64,000 bases of DNA from Spongospora subterranea f. sp. subterranea (taxonomy: Eukaryota). Every line of letters begins with the position of its first letter. The stretch's first letter is position 1. The notes beneath the pieces were generated by a model that was not told where the DNA came from, made no database searches, and saw only the letters and a list, made by a program, of their open reading frames with translations. The DNA lies in the NCBI GenBank assembly GCA_049724395.1, contig JAUGWO010000034.1, positions 1 through 64,000 of the forward strand, read 5' to 3'. This document shows positions 11,416 through 25,504 of the stretch, piece by piece. The position numbers and the translations under genes were made by a program.

Positions 11416-13453
11416 ATGTCACAATCCCCTGAGACGTCATTTCGGGATTATATCTGGGCCCAGAAGAAGAGGGATGCCATTGCCCGACTAGCAGCTCAAG
11501 GGATCGAGGTATCTGAGGACGACCCTATCCTCAGTGCCCCTTTGGATCATGGCGGTAGTGAAGGAAAACCGGAATTTGGCCATGGAAGGCGAAAATATAG
11601 TGATAAATCAGATCACTATATAACCCCCGCCAATGAACTTTCAATCAGTCAAAAACTCTGTGGCGCAGATAACAATTCTTATGCCCCTCATCAGAAAATC
11701 GGTCGCCCATTTCAAGAAAAAATGAATCGACAAGACGCACCGGATTCGATAAGTTTCAACCAGGCGCAGAATGTATCCCAAAGGCGGAAAAATTCCAACG
11801 TCGATTTACCTTATGGAGGCAAAACCTCATCAACTCCCAGTCCTAGCTTATCAATCGCGTTTCTGGGTGCAGATCCCGAAATGCAAAGGATAAGAAGACG
11901 ACAAATGCAACAGGAAATGAATGCTATTTTGCAGCAACAAATACGTGATAAACAAGATGGAAGACATTCTCTACATTCTGCGATGCCCGTTCGGTCTTCT
12001 TCGTCCAATAGCCCAGTTGAAAACGCCCCGCGACAAACATTATTGTCGCCCAGCCCAGCTTCCCGGTATTTCGGCGATGCTTTATCAATAAGCGCGCTTG
12101 ATCGGGATCCAGGAAAAAGAAGGTCGCCGTAAACAAGAGATGAAAACCGAACTAAGCAGTTATTTGCAGTTTCAGATCAATGAAAAGCAGCATTCCAGCG
12201 ATGTTGCCACAGGTACAAATGTGGCCCACCAAGTACGTGAAGTGCCAACCAGTCAAGCTGGAACGGGAGATGCATATAGCCCAGCAATATTGGAGAAGAA
12301 AAAACCAGCAGATACCAACAATACTTCACGAGATGGTGCTTTACCTACCAGTCTAATAATTGGCACACAAAAGATTGTTGAAGATGAGCGAAAGAGGCGA
12401 AAAGAATATGCTGACATTTTGAAAATACAGATTGCGGAGCGAAAAGAAAGAGAACTTCAGCGGAAAATGAAGGATGAACAATTCCTGGATCGGCATATGC
12501 GGCGCATTTCTATCGGTGAAGACCAGTCCAACAAGAGCTCATCTCATGCGTTATCGAATAACCAGCAAGAACCCGGTGAATTGCCTTCTGCACAATCGGA
12601 TCCCGACCATGCTGCTGATGGATATGATAGAAATGCAGATAATTGGGCAAGTCACCCTTCTGTTCGTAATGCGAAACTACATAACACGGTTCGTTCAGGA
12701 GAAATCGCAACCGAACAACCTCAGCTGGATGAACATCCCCGTTTTGAACTAACCAAGCCTGGTTCATCACATCCTGGTTTAAACCCAGGCCGTGATTCGT
12801 CTCTTGTCCGCCCCAGCCAGTTTGTTGAATCAGTCATTGATAAGGGATCATCAACTATGGTTCCAAAAGGTCCTGATCAAACACCCCAACCGTCGTTGAG
12901 AAATGCCGAAAACAGTCTCCCTAGTGTAAACAAATCTATTGTTGATTGGGATGAAACAGAACGAACTATTTTGGGACCCTTTAGAATGCTGAGAGAGAGG
13001 TTGGAAAACGATTCGAAAGACGTTCTGGAGCGTATAAATAATGAACGGCTGCGATTGTGCCATGGCCCAGCAGTATCGCATCCTGATCCAGTTGATAATC
13101 CTGGTACATTGCGACATTCGACTTCCGAATGGGTTCCAATTGAAGCAGAGGCTCCACAGATATCGTGCAAAACGGAATTCGTGAACGTCCCTATTCACAA
13201 AGAAGAACTGCAAGTGGACGCTGATATTCTCGAACGATTCGTTAACGAAAATGATTCCGCTATTCAACTGAAAGACAGTGGGATACGCCAAAGACGACCT
13301 CAATGGGGTGCCGTTGCAGTTGCTCCCTCTCAAATGTCTGGGTCTGAAGTTGGCGAGAAGCCAGTGGTTCCTATGCTGAAAGAGCGGTCCCAACTGATTG
13401 ATCGCTCTGATATCGACGAGCTCGACAGGTTTATATGGGATCGACCTAAATAA
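11416..13453 (+). CDS. Coiled-coil protein with three LxxQI(x)(E/D)(K/R) repeats (CCDC66/CSPP1-like); frameshift near 12100-12130
   Basis: Overlapping ORFs 11416-12132 and 12098-13453; repeats ILQQQIRDKQ, YLQFQINEKQ, ILKIQIAERK. Confidence 0.6.
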
Positions 13454-13494
13454 GAAAACAACTACAGTGATAAAAACATTGGGCATTTATTATT

Positions 13495-16400
13495 TTACAG
13501 GGCATCGATTTGCCTGGCAGGAATCATGAGTTTATGCCAAACTGTGTGTTTGGTATCGCCAAGTAAAAAGGTCTGTATTGCCTGATTCCATACCTCTCTG
13601 GCATTATCGCAGATGAAGAACACGTTGACCGATCGAGTGGTGAACCTTAACACCATAATGGGTCGAACTGTTTCCGTCAGTTCGACCGTCTCCAACTGAC
13701 TCAACTCCAATATATCACCTGGAACACTAGTGAACCATCCAACAGACGATAAGGGCCTGAGGTTGCCAGTGTTGCCATCTTGCCATAGTCCAGTTAACAC
13801 ATGCAGGTCGACCATATCGTCAATGATGCACATGGCATGGTTTGGGCCACTATCCCCATCATATCTGACCCAACATAACGTCCTCCTCTCCAACAACCCG
13901 CTCTCCTTCAACACGTCCACTGATGTCGCCATCTCGACATGGCACTTGGCCAGCTTGCCGGATAGTGCTTGAACCCTGGCCTGGACCATATTGGTCGTGG
14001 TGATGGGCACATCGCCCTCATGATCGATAGGGTCCCTCTCCCCATCGATATCGGACGACGGCTCGATCGTCCCCTCATTGATTGGTTTCCATGACGTCGT
14101 ACAGAATTGACTGCAATTTCGGCTCATCACCTCCAGAAACAGATGAACCGATCCGAAGCGCCTCAATATCCAGACATGATAGGACATGAATCCATTGGTC
14201 GATTGATGGCCAATAACAGCGATCTGACCGGTCACCTCGTATCGACATTCGTATATATTCGAGTAATGCAGTCGGCGATAGGTTATGGATGGCATGGTGA
14301 AGGGATAGGTTAGGAGGTCGGGCGACACCTTTTGGAGTGGACGAGGATGGTGGTTAGGATAAATGAGGGGGTGGAATTGGGGAACAACTGACATCGGATT
14401 CGGATAGATAGATGTAATGACAAGAAAGGATCAACAGCTTGATCTTAATGGTCGTCCCTGTCAGGACGGATCGTGAATATGTCTCCACTAACGACATGAA
14501 CTCGATCGTCTCTCCAGCGGCGAACACCTTACTGTTCAGCAGGGATTCGTTGAACGTGTTGGTCAGCGATGCGATCGCCGCCTGAGACAGTACAGACGAT
14601 AGCAGCGACGATCGCAACGAGATGTCGTATTTGACGGTGGTGGTGGTGTAGCTGTGTAGGACCAGACGACACATGTTGGGCCCTGACCGATCACACCACC
14701 ATCATCATCCTCACGACGACAACAACCGATCAACAATGGGGGACGTACCTGACGACATCAATCGGCCCATGATCATGATCAGGTCGTGTCGCATTGAGTC
14801 CAACACTCTCCCCATCCCTGGCCGATAATCACTGAAATACGATGAGATCCCTTGTTTACTGATCGAATTCGACAACTCCATATCGTAATCGATGAACTCT
14901 CGTAAATCCGCCAATAACAGTCCATTGGCGAACAGGGAGTCGATGATCATCAGCTGCATCTTATGATTATGGTGATAGAGTATATGGGATGGACCATCGT
15001 CGATCGACACCGATTCCGGTGACGACAGGTCGGATAGTCTATCGAGGAAATGGAGCATTGGGATCGTCTCGAGAACATATCGTATGAGGTTGGTGCAGGA
15101 CGCCATCATGATCTCCAGTGATTCAGGAAGGCGTCTCGTGTTGTTCCTGTAGATCCATTGACGATCAAACTGTTCATTGGCAGATGTCCGAATCTGGCCA
15201 GCATTACCGGCATTGTATGGTTTGCGCCAATCTTCCAGATATGCATTTAGCGGTGTTGACGACCAGCTCGATCGCCTCGCAGCTCTCGATGAATGTTTCA
15301 GTTCCCCATGCCGATCGGTGAAGTGTCTCTGACAGGATCGCCAGCAGATTCCCCCCGATACGATCATGATCTCCTGAACATGATGTCGTCATTGACCCAC
15401 GATCTATTGTCTCTGAAACACACCCAATTCGGCCCATTATAATCACACGACACTATTGTCATCACACACCTTTACTCCCTTCGAATTCCTTTTCTAGAAC
15501 CCAGTTCTGCAATAGCATCAGGAACGGCCGTTTCAAAATTTGTCGATGAGCTTTCCTCCGATCTGTCTCAGTTCCCTGTGTTGATATGATATACAGAATC
15601 CGAATGAATGACGATAGAGCAGATGATGCTGGATCAGCATATCCATCAGGAATAACATGATTGGGTTGACCCAATACAGGGGATATCGCTGTTGGAAAGG
15701 CCAATACACGTCCTGACACATCACCATCAATCAATCTGATATAAATGGGCGATCGTTATGAGGAGATTAACCCGATAGCGTTGATCGTCGGGTCGATCGA
15801 GATGCGATCGGTGTTGACGATTGAGGAACGGGTCCCGATGGATCTGACGATATGGGAATACGATTATATCTTTGCTGATCGATATATTGTGTCGTATATT
15901 GTATGAGGTTCTCATTGACCGTTCCAATCGATGGCGCCGTCCACACATGATCATGCCGATCCTGTTCTAGCGCCAAATGATCCGACAGCAATAGCGATTC
16001 TAGCGATGGTGTCGAGCCAGATCGATGATCATGGCGATGCGGTTCTGGTCGGATGTTCTGATCCCAGACCAGGTCCTGGTCTAGTTTCCCTGCATTGGAT
16101 CGCATCACCCGTTCGTACATCTGTCGGGCGATCGATTCCAGATTAGTGTGTTGTTGCGATATCGGGGAATGGGATTGACAGTGGTTGGCACGATCGGGCA
16201 TCATCAGACCGATTATCGATTGGATACGGGATACGCCATTCAATAACGGGTTGTTGAGGTCGTCGGGCTGATGGACCTTTCTGATCAGGATCGATCGGAT
16301 CTGACCCTGAGTTGTCGCCAGATCGTGATGGATCCGCTCTTCCAGAGGATCGTCCAACGATATCGTCCACTGATATGTCAACGATGGAGGGGCGATCGCC

Positions 16401-19400
16401 TTGATCCTGTTCAGGGGATGGATGGGGAAGGGCGATTGTGCGACAATTGGGGGGCGATGATGGATTTACCTGAACACATTGTCGTGAATGGCCATCCATG
16501 AGGAATCGGGTGATGTGTTGGGCAATGTGATCGTGATCGTGTCGATGGAGCGAAGGCCCGCCCAACGGGTCATGTACGATAACAGCTCGAGACGGGCATT
16601 GTAGATCGTCTGGGGATTATCGCCATGGCGAATAACGAACGTGTCGATATGGGATTGGTCAATACCACATAAACCGATAAGACGAGATGGTGATGATGAT
16701 GATGACGAGATGGTGTTCACTTGATATAATAGGAAATGTTGACTGGTATTATTGACCTAATCAGGGCCAATGGCCCATGATAATCGTCAATCAGATGTGG
16801 ATCAGATGACGTTGGGATCGTGATCGTCACCGACCTGGCCACTGATCACCCTCTTCCAATGCGACATTAGCGATATATCTGACGACTCGTGATGATCGTG
16901 TTCCTTGACCAGACTAACGATATCGGGAATATCGGTGATTGTTGCCGGCACTACTCGGAATCCTGAATCATTCCCTGACAATCCTGTTCAGATCACACAA
17001 TCACGACCTTAGACGGATACGGCGGTGGAATCGCTGGACCGATATCGATCAGTTACCGTTATCGATAATATCCCGATAATTGCAGATCGCCAATCGCCTT
17101 CCGTTCCTAGCTCCAATCCAATCCTGGAATGTGCTCGCCCTTAGCAGATCGTCAACGATATCGTCTTTCCGATCCCCGTTCAGATGATCCCCAATCTGCT
17201 GTAGACACCTTACAATGAGCCATTGTAATCGCGATCTCAGCCCGATATGGATCAATGGCCCGTTGTCCTCTGTTTTCGCCAACATCTCCGCCTTGTCCAC
17301 GATCTCGAACAGCTCATCGATCACACTCAGTAATGTGTTCGACGAGAACCCCAATAACGTCTGTTCGATCATGACACTATATGACAACGGCGATGGCATC
17401 AGCCTGGGGCAGTTCATGGCGATAAACACCTCGAGCAATCACCTTCGATCTTGGTCGTCGTTGACGCCCTCCTCGATAATATCAGCGGGAACCGATAACG
17501 GAACCAATGAGGGTATTTGAGCATCAGGCGCCTCCAATATCGGCAGAAACTCGGCCGATAATATCTGGCATATAATCGACCTGACTGTGGCGAACGGGAT
17601 TATCGATATCGCCTATAAATGGGTCAACGCGTGTTCAATGGCGCTGGGGCCCTGGGCGATTCTGAATTACCTTGGCGAACGGCGGTATTCGCCACGATAA
17701 ATGCAATAGCTTAACACACGACGATCGCAGATCGTATATGATCGTGGGATTGGTCAATAACGGATCGCAGATCTCGCCATCGGTCGGATAGCAATCCTCG
17801 AACAGGGCCAGGATCGACCCGACCATCTTCCCGTAATCGATAGGAAATGGGCAAGGAGGGCGTATGGCCTGGAATGTGATATATAGGAGACTGATTGATG
17901 ATTGACGACGATGGTCAACGAATAACGTGTTGGAATTCGATAATAGATCGGTGAGTTGGGTGTAGTGATCAGATATTCCCAATATCTGTAAAGCGGTTAG
18001 CGCTTCCTGTTTAACACATCTGATGTGGATCGTCGATAGGATGTCCAGGATCCGTTTGATCACGGCCCGAACCACACGATGAATGAGCTGGTCCTGTGGC
18101 GACGATGGTGACGATGACGAGGGCGTATTGTGCCTGGCGAACAAGGTCAACAGCTTGATCAACGGGATCAGCGATAGCGCTTCGTCGTATTGCGAATACG
18201 TGATGTGATGCGATTGAGGATGGTCGTGTCGCGAGATCATTCGCGGTAATCTAAAACACACAACGACACAGTATTTGCTGAGAAAAAACGCGACAAAAGG
18301 GCCCAATATAAATCCCCCTTCAATACCTTTTCACGATCTCGATCATTGATAGTTTACTGGTCAACGATAGAACGGCCCTCTCCTTATCCGATCGATATCG
18401 ATCCATGACGATCAGGAAGTTCGACACCGGTTTGATGAACAGGTTCCAATGATCGGCGGCGGCGTCGATCAGATGGGTCTCGATACGAGAGCGGGCGGAT
18501 CGTTCCGATATGGTCTTGATGAAGGAGGCGCCACAAACGATTCCAGTGAACGCCTCGATCAGACGAGCGCATAACGACAGACGATTACCGATTTCCGACG
18601 AAGATATCACTTTGGAGGAATCGGGTTTCAGTCCACGTAGTAGATCGTTGATGAATATATCGTGATCGAACAATTGTTTGGCGAAGGCGTCGGCGGCGGG
18701 GCGGCTGTGGTGGGCAATGCGACCGATCAGGCGCAGCGATTCGAGCAGCTCCTCGTATCGCTCGCCGGCTAATCCATTGATGTTGATGATCATACCGTTA
18801 TTGCGATCGATGATGTTGTCGAGGAGTATCGATGAGAACGTCGCACCGGAAGGAGACTCGGTCTGGAACACGTCGGCCGTTGCGCTGTCGTTGACCAACA
18901 TCGTGATCAGACGGATAACGGTTCCCTAAGCCCGGGACAACAAATCAACAATTACTGAACACCGAATCCCTGAAAGACGGCCGTACTTTATGAGTATCAG
19001 CGACAAGCCACATCTTTAGGAAATCGGGTAAAAAGGGAGCGAGGACGAGACAGGTTTCGGCGCTATACGATGAATGTGACGCAAACGGGAGAAGAACGTT
19101 GGATAATCGGCCGATACAGTTATCGTCGTCGATCATGTCGAGGAGAAATGGAATGGCCTCGAGCATGGCCGCTAATGTGGCCGATGGGGAATATTGCATC
19201 ATTTTACTGGATAGGAAGTGCAACGACACGGAATCGAACGGTGTGGAATTGATGATCGTTGTTAGGCGGAACATGAGCGATGATATATACAATAAGGCGG
19301 TGATGTTATCAGAATATTGGGTCGTGACATGATGGGCGATATTCAATAATTTGGCGCCCTGGGCGGGGCGAGACGATTCCTCGCCAGAATAGAACCAACG

Positions 19401-19685
19401 CCAATCGTCGGATTTGAGGGAATCCTTGATCCTAGGAGCGGGGGCGTCAGCCATGGACACAATATCGGATGGGGATTGGATCAAATACCTGTCGCGGCCG
19501 ATATTGGCGATCAGACCGGTGATGGAGGCGATGAGATGGTCGACCGGGGACCCAGATGGGATCGATCCCAGCGCCAGACAGATGGCGTCGAGATAGGACG
19601 ATGGGGTGTCGGCCCGAGAAGATGTGTACGAGGGATGATGGAGATTAGCTGCATGTTCCTTGGCAATTAACAGGAGATCATCCAT
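13495..19685 (-). CDS. Large multi-exon hypothetical protein, alpha-helical, with a possible PH-like C-terminus
   Basis: Chain of long minus-strand ORFs (246, 193, 223, 129, 204, 218, 106, 299 aa) with short gaps, GT-AG ends seen for the first introns; no family recognised; could be more than one gene. Confidence 0.65.
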
Positions 19686-22576
19686 TTCTGTGACTAATAC
19701 AACAAGATCATATTTGGGTCAGAATGATCCCCAGATCACCCTGATTTGACCTGAGCGATATCGTTGGTCCATGTGAAAAAACAGAATCAGGATCAGGGTC
19801 AATCGCTATTCATCGGAAAACGATCGTGTTCGCTCTTCACCACAGTCTTCATCGGATTCCATGAAACATTGTTCTGAGCAGACCCAATGTTCATATTGGT
19901 AAAATGAGGATGATTGTAGCCCTTGGAATAACGTGTCCTTCAGAGAATGGTAATTGCAATTCAATCGACTTAGTAAATGAATCTTGAGTTTCTTATTCCT
20001 TCATGACTTGGACGATACATAGCTGGGCGATATTACTCAGCCCATACCACCGGTTGAGCGATAAAGCCACTGTAGCGAATTCAGGCGTTGGAATTACCCG
20101 ATCATTCTGACACTACAGTCTCGCGAGAGCTGACACAACTTGAATGATCAACACAACCCCTCACAAAATGGAGCTTAACAAATCTGGATCATAAATCGAG
20201 GTCGGAGAGAGCCCCAATCATCTGTCACATATTCTCGCTTTGTTTGATGATATTAACCTACTGAAGCCAAATCGAAGTGCTTTTCGGGAAAATCATACTA
20301 GTAAATATGTAATTGAACATAGACCATATCAACTACAAATGAACAATGGATGACCATAAAAACAAACCCAAATAAAGCAATGAAGCTAATGGCGCTATGG
20401 ATGACTTCCATATAGGCATGTGAATACGATATCATACTGGTACAGTCATCATCATCATAAACGCAGATGCGACTCATGGTCAACCCGAGTTGCTGATCAC
20501 GATTGTAAGAGCGCACCCGCATCGAGCGAGAAACCTCATCGACTACGACAATTACGGAAAAATGATTGACAGTTTTCCCCAGATAGCGGCTGAATCTGAC
20601 GTTCACGGTCATCGGCGGATGGAAACGAGACAAGCAAGTTTGCCATCGGGAAAGATCTGTGCTAATGTATCGGCACGACGCAAAGGAGTGTGCGAGAGAA
20701 ACCCTCAGAAAAAGTTGGAACGCCATTCATCAACCAATGACTATAGACAAGACAATGGTTGATAAAATGTACGGTTTATTGGGTAATAATCTATCCTTCC
20801 ACGACCTCCAACCCAGTTCAACAGTAATCCATACAATATGTGGCCATCAACTCGGAACAAGAACAACGTGAGTGTGGGACAGTTGTTTCGGAAACAACAG
20901 TAACAAATGCTCCTGATTTCTGTGCTGTAATTGAATTTCTGTAAATGGGAAATAATGACATCGTTGAGTTCCACCGCTTTATTTTTTTTTGTTTTGCTCT
21001 ACAGCAGTGCTGGCAATACGGGTCTCTGTCGCTGGAGTCCCATCGAAGAAGTACCATCAACATGGTGTCTGTTCATCCCAGCGGTGCCGGATATTCTTAA
21101 CCTCAAATACCAGACGGGAACATCTTTCAACACAGGAATGTAATAACCAGTAGTCATTCGACTCCAACAGTCCCATAGCATGGCTTGTCCATGCCACCTC
21201 AACCTTCCATGTGGCCAATTATTCCGTTCTTCACAATATTGGGTCAAGCCCTAATAATGAGTTTGCCGTGCGGTGTCCGTGGCGGCACAGATTACAGTTG
21301 ATCGTCAGATTCTGGGCGTCCATCAGGTTTTCATTCAGCTATCGACATGCCGAGGCTTGGACAGTGTTTCCTATATGGGTCATAGACCGGTCAGTCACTC
21401 TGCTCTCTGTGAACCGTCTCGGTTTATATTCTATAGCTGGTATCAATTGTAATCACTTCCTTTATTCAAGGTAAGATCAGCTCGCATTGCATTATTGTCG
21501 AGTTAAAGTGATGACAAACTTGACTGAGCGTTGTATGATACGTAAACTTATATCTTTCGGGTCTGATTTTGAACTTTATATATCTTTTTCAAGTTTTGCG
21601 CAATTGTTTACTGATAGCTTTCTTTCGACTTGTAGGATCAAAACTATGGATGGTGTTCATTTCATTTAATAAATGCAGCCTTTTTCAAATTTTCAGCCCT
21701 AGTGCTCCAGCATTCGCTGCTTACTTGTGCTTCATGGTGAAAAATCGAACTAACTGTGCAGAGACTTTGCCCGTGCAGGGTGTTCGTTTGGCAATGCTTT
21801 GCTCTGTTGCCATTGCTATTTTGGCAATCGTTCCAAAACAGCTCGTAAGTATCAATTTGTCTTGGAACGGAATATAATCGGGTAATGATTGCAGAGTGAA
21901 TTTCGCCTGAGCTGGTGTGGATGCGGCTTTCACCGCAGCATCATGTCGCGATTTACGAATAAGGGTCGATTCACGAAGCGCCATCCGAGAAATCGAATAG
22001 AGAATTCCTGCCCAGTCTCGCAAATGATGGGCAGATGATGATCTGAGGGATGGATTGCCAATTTTGTCTGTTAATGAATGAATTCAGCATGCTACAAACT
22101 GAAAGAATCGCGTTTGACTTGCGTTTGAAAGTCTGACAACAACTCCAGGCTAAACTTGGATTCCGCGATAGCGACGATAAAAGAATGTTGAAATGCTAAT
22201 CTAACTTTTCGCGCTTTTTCAACAAGTGCCCGCTTAGTATGGCTACAGATTAATAATATCTTATTACGATAGCTGCCCTCGCGACAGGCCAAAGTACCTA
22301 CTCGAAAACCCACTCAAGCTCTTCTGCGATAACAAAACTAGTAGAAGTTCCAGAAGGAAGAATTGCGCTATCAAGGCTATAGTCTCATGCTCAAGAACTT
22401 TGCAGTTTAACGTTGTGACCTTGGTACCACGGCTGCTCAAGACGTACCCTAAACTGCCTGCTGATCCTGATTGCCTCCACGATATGCTTAGAAAGACATG
22501 CGTTCAAGATGATTACAGGAATTGGAGATGCCTCGTTCATAATTGAGACGAAATGAATTAGGGTGTATTGCCGTAG

Positions 22577-23968
22577 GACAGATAACATCAGGGGTAACAG
22601 AGTGGCTGATCATTAGACAGATAACATCAGGGGTAACATGATATACGGTATAGATCATTGGCTGATCATTAACAGGGGTAACATGATATACGGTATAGTG
22701 GCTGATCATTAGACAGATAACATCAGGGGTAACATGATATACGGTATAGTGGCTGATCATTAGACAGATAACATCAGGGGTAACATGATATACGGTATAG
22801 TGGCTGATCATTAGACAGATAACATCAGGGGTAACATGATATACATAGTGGGATCATTATAACATATCATGCTGATCATTAGACAGATAACATCAGGGGT
22901 AACATGATATACGGTATAGTGGCTGATCATTAGACAGATAACATCAGGGGTAACATGATATACGGTATAGTGGCTGATCATTAGACAGATAACATCAGGA
23001 TATACGGTATAGTGGGTATCATTAGACAGATAACATCAGGGGTAACATGATATACGGTATAGTGGCTGATCATTAGACAGATAACATCAGGGGTAACATG
23101 ATATACGGTATAGTGGCTGATCATTAGACAGATAACATCAGGGGTAACATGATATACGGATCATTAGACAGATAACATCAGGGGTAACATGATATACGGT
23201 ATAGTGGCTGATCATTAGACAGATAACATCAGTAACATGATATACGGTATAGTGGCTGATCATTAGACAGATAACATCAGGGGTAACATGATACGGTATA
23301 GTGGCTGATCATTAGACAGATAACATCAGGGGTAACATGATATACGGTATAGTGGCTGATCATTAGACAGATAACATCAGGGGTAACATGATATACGGCT
23401 GATCATTAGACAGATAACATCAGGGGTAACATGATATACGGTATAGTGGCTGATCATTAGACAGATAACATCAGGGGTAACATGATATACGGTATAGTGG
23501 CTGATCATTAGACAGATAACATCAGGGGTAACATGATATACGGTATAGTGGGATCATTAGACAGATAAACATAACATGATATACGGTATAGTGGCTGATC
23601 ATTAGACAGATAACATCAGGGGTGTAACATGATATACGGTATAGTGGCTGATCATTAGACAGATAACATCAGGGGTAACATGATATACGGTATAGTGGCT
23701 GATCATTAGACAGATAACATCAGGGGTAACATGATATACGGTATAGTGGCTGATCATTAGACAGATAACATCAGGGGTAACATGATATACGGTATAGTGG
23801 CTGATCATTAGACAGATAACATCAGGGGTAACATGATATACGGTATAGTGGCTGATCATTAGACAGATCACATCAGGGGTAACATGATATACGGTATATG
23901 AAAATTGGGGTACTGTGATTAGCTTCGATTCCTGAGCATTCAGGGGTAACATGATATACGGTATAGTC
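22577..23968. repeat. 51-bp tandem array, roughly 25 units, some with deletions
   Basis: Unit gtggctgatcattagacagataacatcaggggtaacatgatatacggtata. Confidence 0.97.
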
Positions 23969-24431
23969 TCATTTGATTCAGGGGTTTTCGGTATTGTTTT
24001 CTCATGCTGTCGTAATGGGCATTTCGAGTTATTTGCTTTGTGGTTGCCCAGCTGAACACGATTTTCACGCCTGTACCAGGTGCATCCCTTTTGTAGCTTA
24101 GCTGGACGTTCGCAAGACGTGAATGATTAGTAATATCTGCATTCGTTATCTGTCGGCCGCGTTGGGCTGGGCCAAGTACTGGAGCTAGAACTGAAAAGGC
24201 AGCGGTGCCTTCAACTGCCAATGACGTTCAAGAACTTCTTGGAACGATCGTGTATTCAGCAGATTGCTTATGGCTAAATCAGTTCGCTTGAAAAGATTGG
24301 GAGAATGTGTCGCGAAAGCAACAAGATGCTTGAAATCCGAAATGAGTGTGGTGAAACGAGTGGATTCATCTTAATGTGAGCATATCGCGGATGTGTGCGA
24401 CACATCCAACAAATTTTGCGACAGCCTTCTG

Positions 24432-24857
24432 GGGACCGATCCACAACGTTAATATCATTATTGGAGCCGGGCACTCCAATGAATGCATGTCAAATCCAGA
24501 GATCAGCTGTCGCTATGGCCTCCATAATTAAGGATCGATGACCATCTTTATCTTGGAGCTGACCCTGCCAGGCGACAGAGCAGTTCTTCCATTGCCAATG
24601 AGTGCAGTCCAGGGAACCGAACATGCCTGGAAACCCTCTTCTTGCATTGATTTGAAGGTGGTATTCGAGATCCTGAGCTGTAGGATGTCGTATATACTGG
24701 TCACCAAATACTTCGACAATTGCTGTGGCGAAACGTTTAAAAGACTTTGCTGCCGTTGATTCTCCGATAACGAAAATTCGTCTACAGCATCGGACGCGAC
24801 ACCACACGCAAAGATACGCAAAGCTGCCGTAACTTTTTGCAGTGATGACAATCCCAA
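24432..24857 (-). pseudogene. PIF/Harbinger DDE transposase fragment
   Basis: GLSSLQKVTAALR...IGESTA...RGFPGMFGSLDCTHWQWKNC...WQGQ...MEAIATADLWI*HAF...PGSNNDINV, with a frameshift and an in-frame stop. Confidence 0.9.
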
Positions 24858-24949
24858 GTATTTGGTGACCAGTACTTACAACATCCTACAGCTCAAGATC
24901 TCGAATACCACCTTGAATTAATTCAAGAAGAGGGTTTCCAGGCATGTCC

Positions 24950-25250
24950 TTGATCAGAAGTCCCACTTTCGTCTAAATCGCGGATGTGTGCGACACTTCC
25001 AACGAACTTTGCAACAGCCTTCTGAGCCGTAATCCTTTTGGTCTCCAGCGACCGTTTGGTCCTAGTCTCTGTCGATTTCGGGCGCCAAGATTTTGACTTA
25101 ACAGCAATCGCCTCCCAAAAAACGTCCAACTTCTGCCCTGTTCCCGTTCGTGAATCCTGAGATACATGCAGCCAGGACCTGCACAGCTGATCGACTTCAT
25201 CTTCGTCGAAATTTGTTCCTCGTAGTGGTCTGGTGTTTATGGGCTAAGTT
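24950..25250 (-). pseudogene. Harbinger accessory (Myb/SANT-like, NAM-associated type) gene fragment
   Basis: EVDQLCRSWLHVSQDSRTGTGQKLDVFWEAI...RSLETK...QKAVAKFVG. Confidence 0.75.
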
Positions 25251-25504
25251 GCCATTGCCATGTTTCTGCTCACGCAAACAGCACCTAAATTGCAGAAAAC
25301 CATTTTGCCTTTGCTCGGGATAATCATGACGTTACCGCGTCCGCAGTGCGCTACACTGTACGGCAAAATGCCGGAACAGTGCGTTTACCGTTGCGCGGTG
25401 GAGATGCCCTTTTATTCGCCAGTCAGGCAGCCGGCCCAAATGCAATCAGGGAAACCATACGTGGCGGACTGCGAAAATCATTTACGAATCATTCAGATTA
25501 CACA

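Larger units (their letters stand above)
24050..25410 (-). mobile_element. Rearranged, inactive PIF/Harbinger DNA transposon
   Basis: Transposase fragment and Myb/SANT-like accessory gene fragments; candidate TIR tggagatgccct at ~25399-25410. Confidence 0.85.

Noticed and set aside
22522..22533. ttggagatgcct as a second Harbinger TIR
   Set aside because: Same orientation as the 25399-25410 candidate and too short to exclude chance; no matching left TIR found
22488..23952. ORFs with MISHYTVYHVTPDVICL repeats as real genes
   Set aside because: By-product of a 51-bp unit; frequent frame-breaking deletions
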